A DNA stretch of 63,773 nt, the filler included, from Welwitschia mirabilis (Eukaryota), in the NCBI GenBank assembly GCA_051453625.1. It is 6 parts of one record of this genome, joined end to end, with 100 filler letters (N's around TTAATTAATTAA, not from the genome) between each part and the next. Parts side by side here need not be neighbours in the genome. Positions count along the whole stretch, not along the records: positions 58,177 to 63,773 come from JBOZIK010000001.1; 5 more parts are not named here. One strand, 5' to 3'. The position numbers and the translations under genes were made by a program. Under the pieces are notes generated by a model. That model saw only the letters and a list, made by a program, of their open reading frames with translations, searched no databases and had not been told where the DNA came from. How positions within the stretch are numbered: position 1 is the first letter of the stretch; each line of letters begins with the position of its first letter. Below, one piece after another: positions 63,230 through 63,773 of this stretch.

Positions 63230-63773
63230 ATACATGAGTGAGCCTATCGCTAAGGCATATGAAATGTTTGTCACCTTAGCAACATGTTCTCTTGAGTTGG
63301 GACAGTCCTTTTTAGACAACTAGAAGTGGGTAGCTAGAGGAGTACTCACACGCTTTGCATCTTTCATGTTGAACCATTCAAGCACTTTGCCAATATAGCC
63401 ACTTTGGCTTAACCACAACCTCTTCTGCTTCCTTTCTCTGTGAATGCTCATCCTCAAAATTTTCTTTGCGTACCCCAAATCTTTCATTGTAAAATGCTTA
63501 CCCATTTCCACCTTCAAGCGTTTTATTTTAGCCTCATCATTTCCTGCAATCAACATGTCTTCTACATACAACAAAAATATAACAAATTTACTTGAGACAT
63601 TTTCAGAGAAATAAACACAATGATTAAACTGACTTTTCTGGTATGACAATTCCTTCATGAATGTATCAAGCTTCTTATACCATTGTCTTGGGGCGTGTTT
63701 CAAACCATAAAGACCTTTGTTTAAATGACAAACAAGACGAGGGCATTACTTATTTATAAACCCTGATTTGATG
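63230..63773 (-). mobile_element. Tork/Tnt1-like Copia reverse transcriptase (continues beyond the window)
   Basis: YGLKHAPRQWYKK..HCVY..LLYVEDMLIAG..FTMKDLG..LWLSQSGY..STPLATHF, then YALAIGSLMY. Confidence 0.9.

Noticed and set aside
13511-63773. Orientation bias of intronic transposons relative to UAH
   Set aside because: Sense and antisense insertions are about equally frequent by my count.

Overview
AT-rich, gap-containing land-plant nuclear DNA; the huge introns and old retroelements suggest a large-genome vascular plant, possibly a gymnosperm (inference only). The one host gene is a minus-strand ureidoglycolate amidohydrolase (UAH, M20 family, purine/ureide catabolism). Nine stop-free coding exons with GT-AG boundaries run from 52832 to the TGA at 13413. 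One internal exon and the 5' exons are not visible; they are probably in assembly gaps or beyond the window. Four introns are 4-13 kb and full of nested transposon remains (Sirevirus and Tork-like Copia, chromovirus Gypsy, hAT and hAT MITEs, LINE fragments). Downstream of the gene is a complete but ancient CRM-clade Gypsy (2885-10966, AGGAT target-site duplication, chromodomain remnant). It sits inside a decayed Pif1-family helicase whose motifs (TIHKSQG, FVALS(R)V) look like Helitron2/Helentron rather than canonical plant Helitrons; this is the most unusual signal here. Five 100-bp gaps carry an artificial TTAATTAATTAA linker. I found no well-supported wholly new biological system. All family assignments come from reading motifs by eye, not from database searches.
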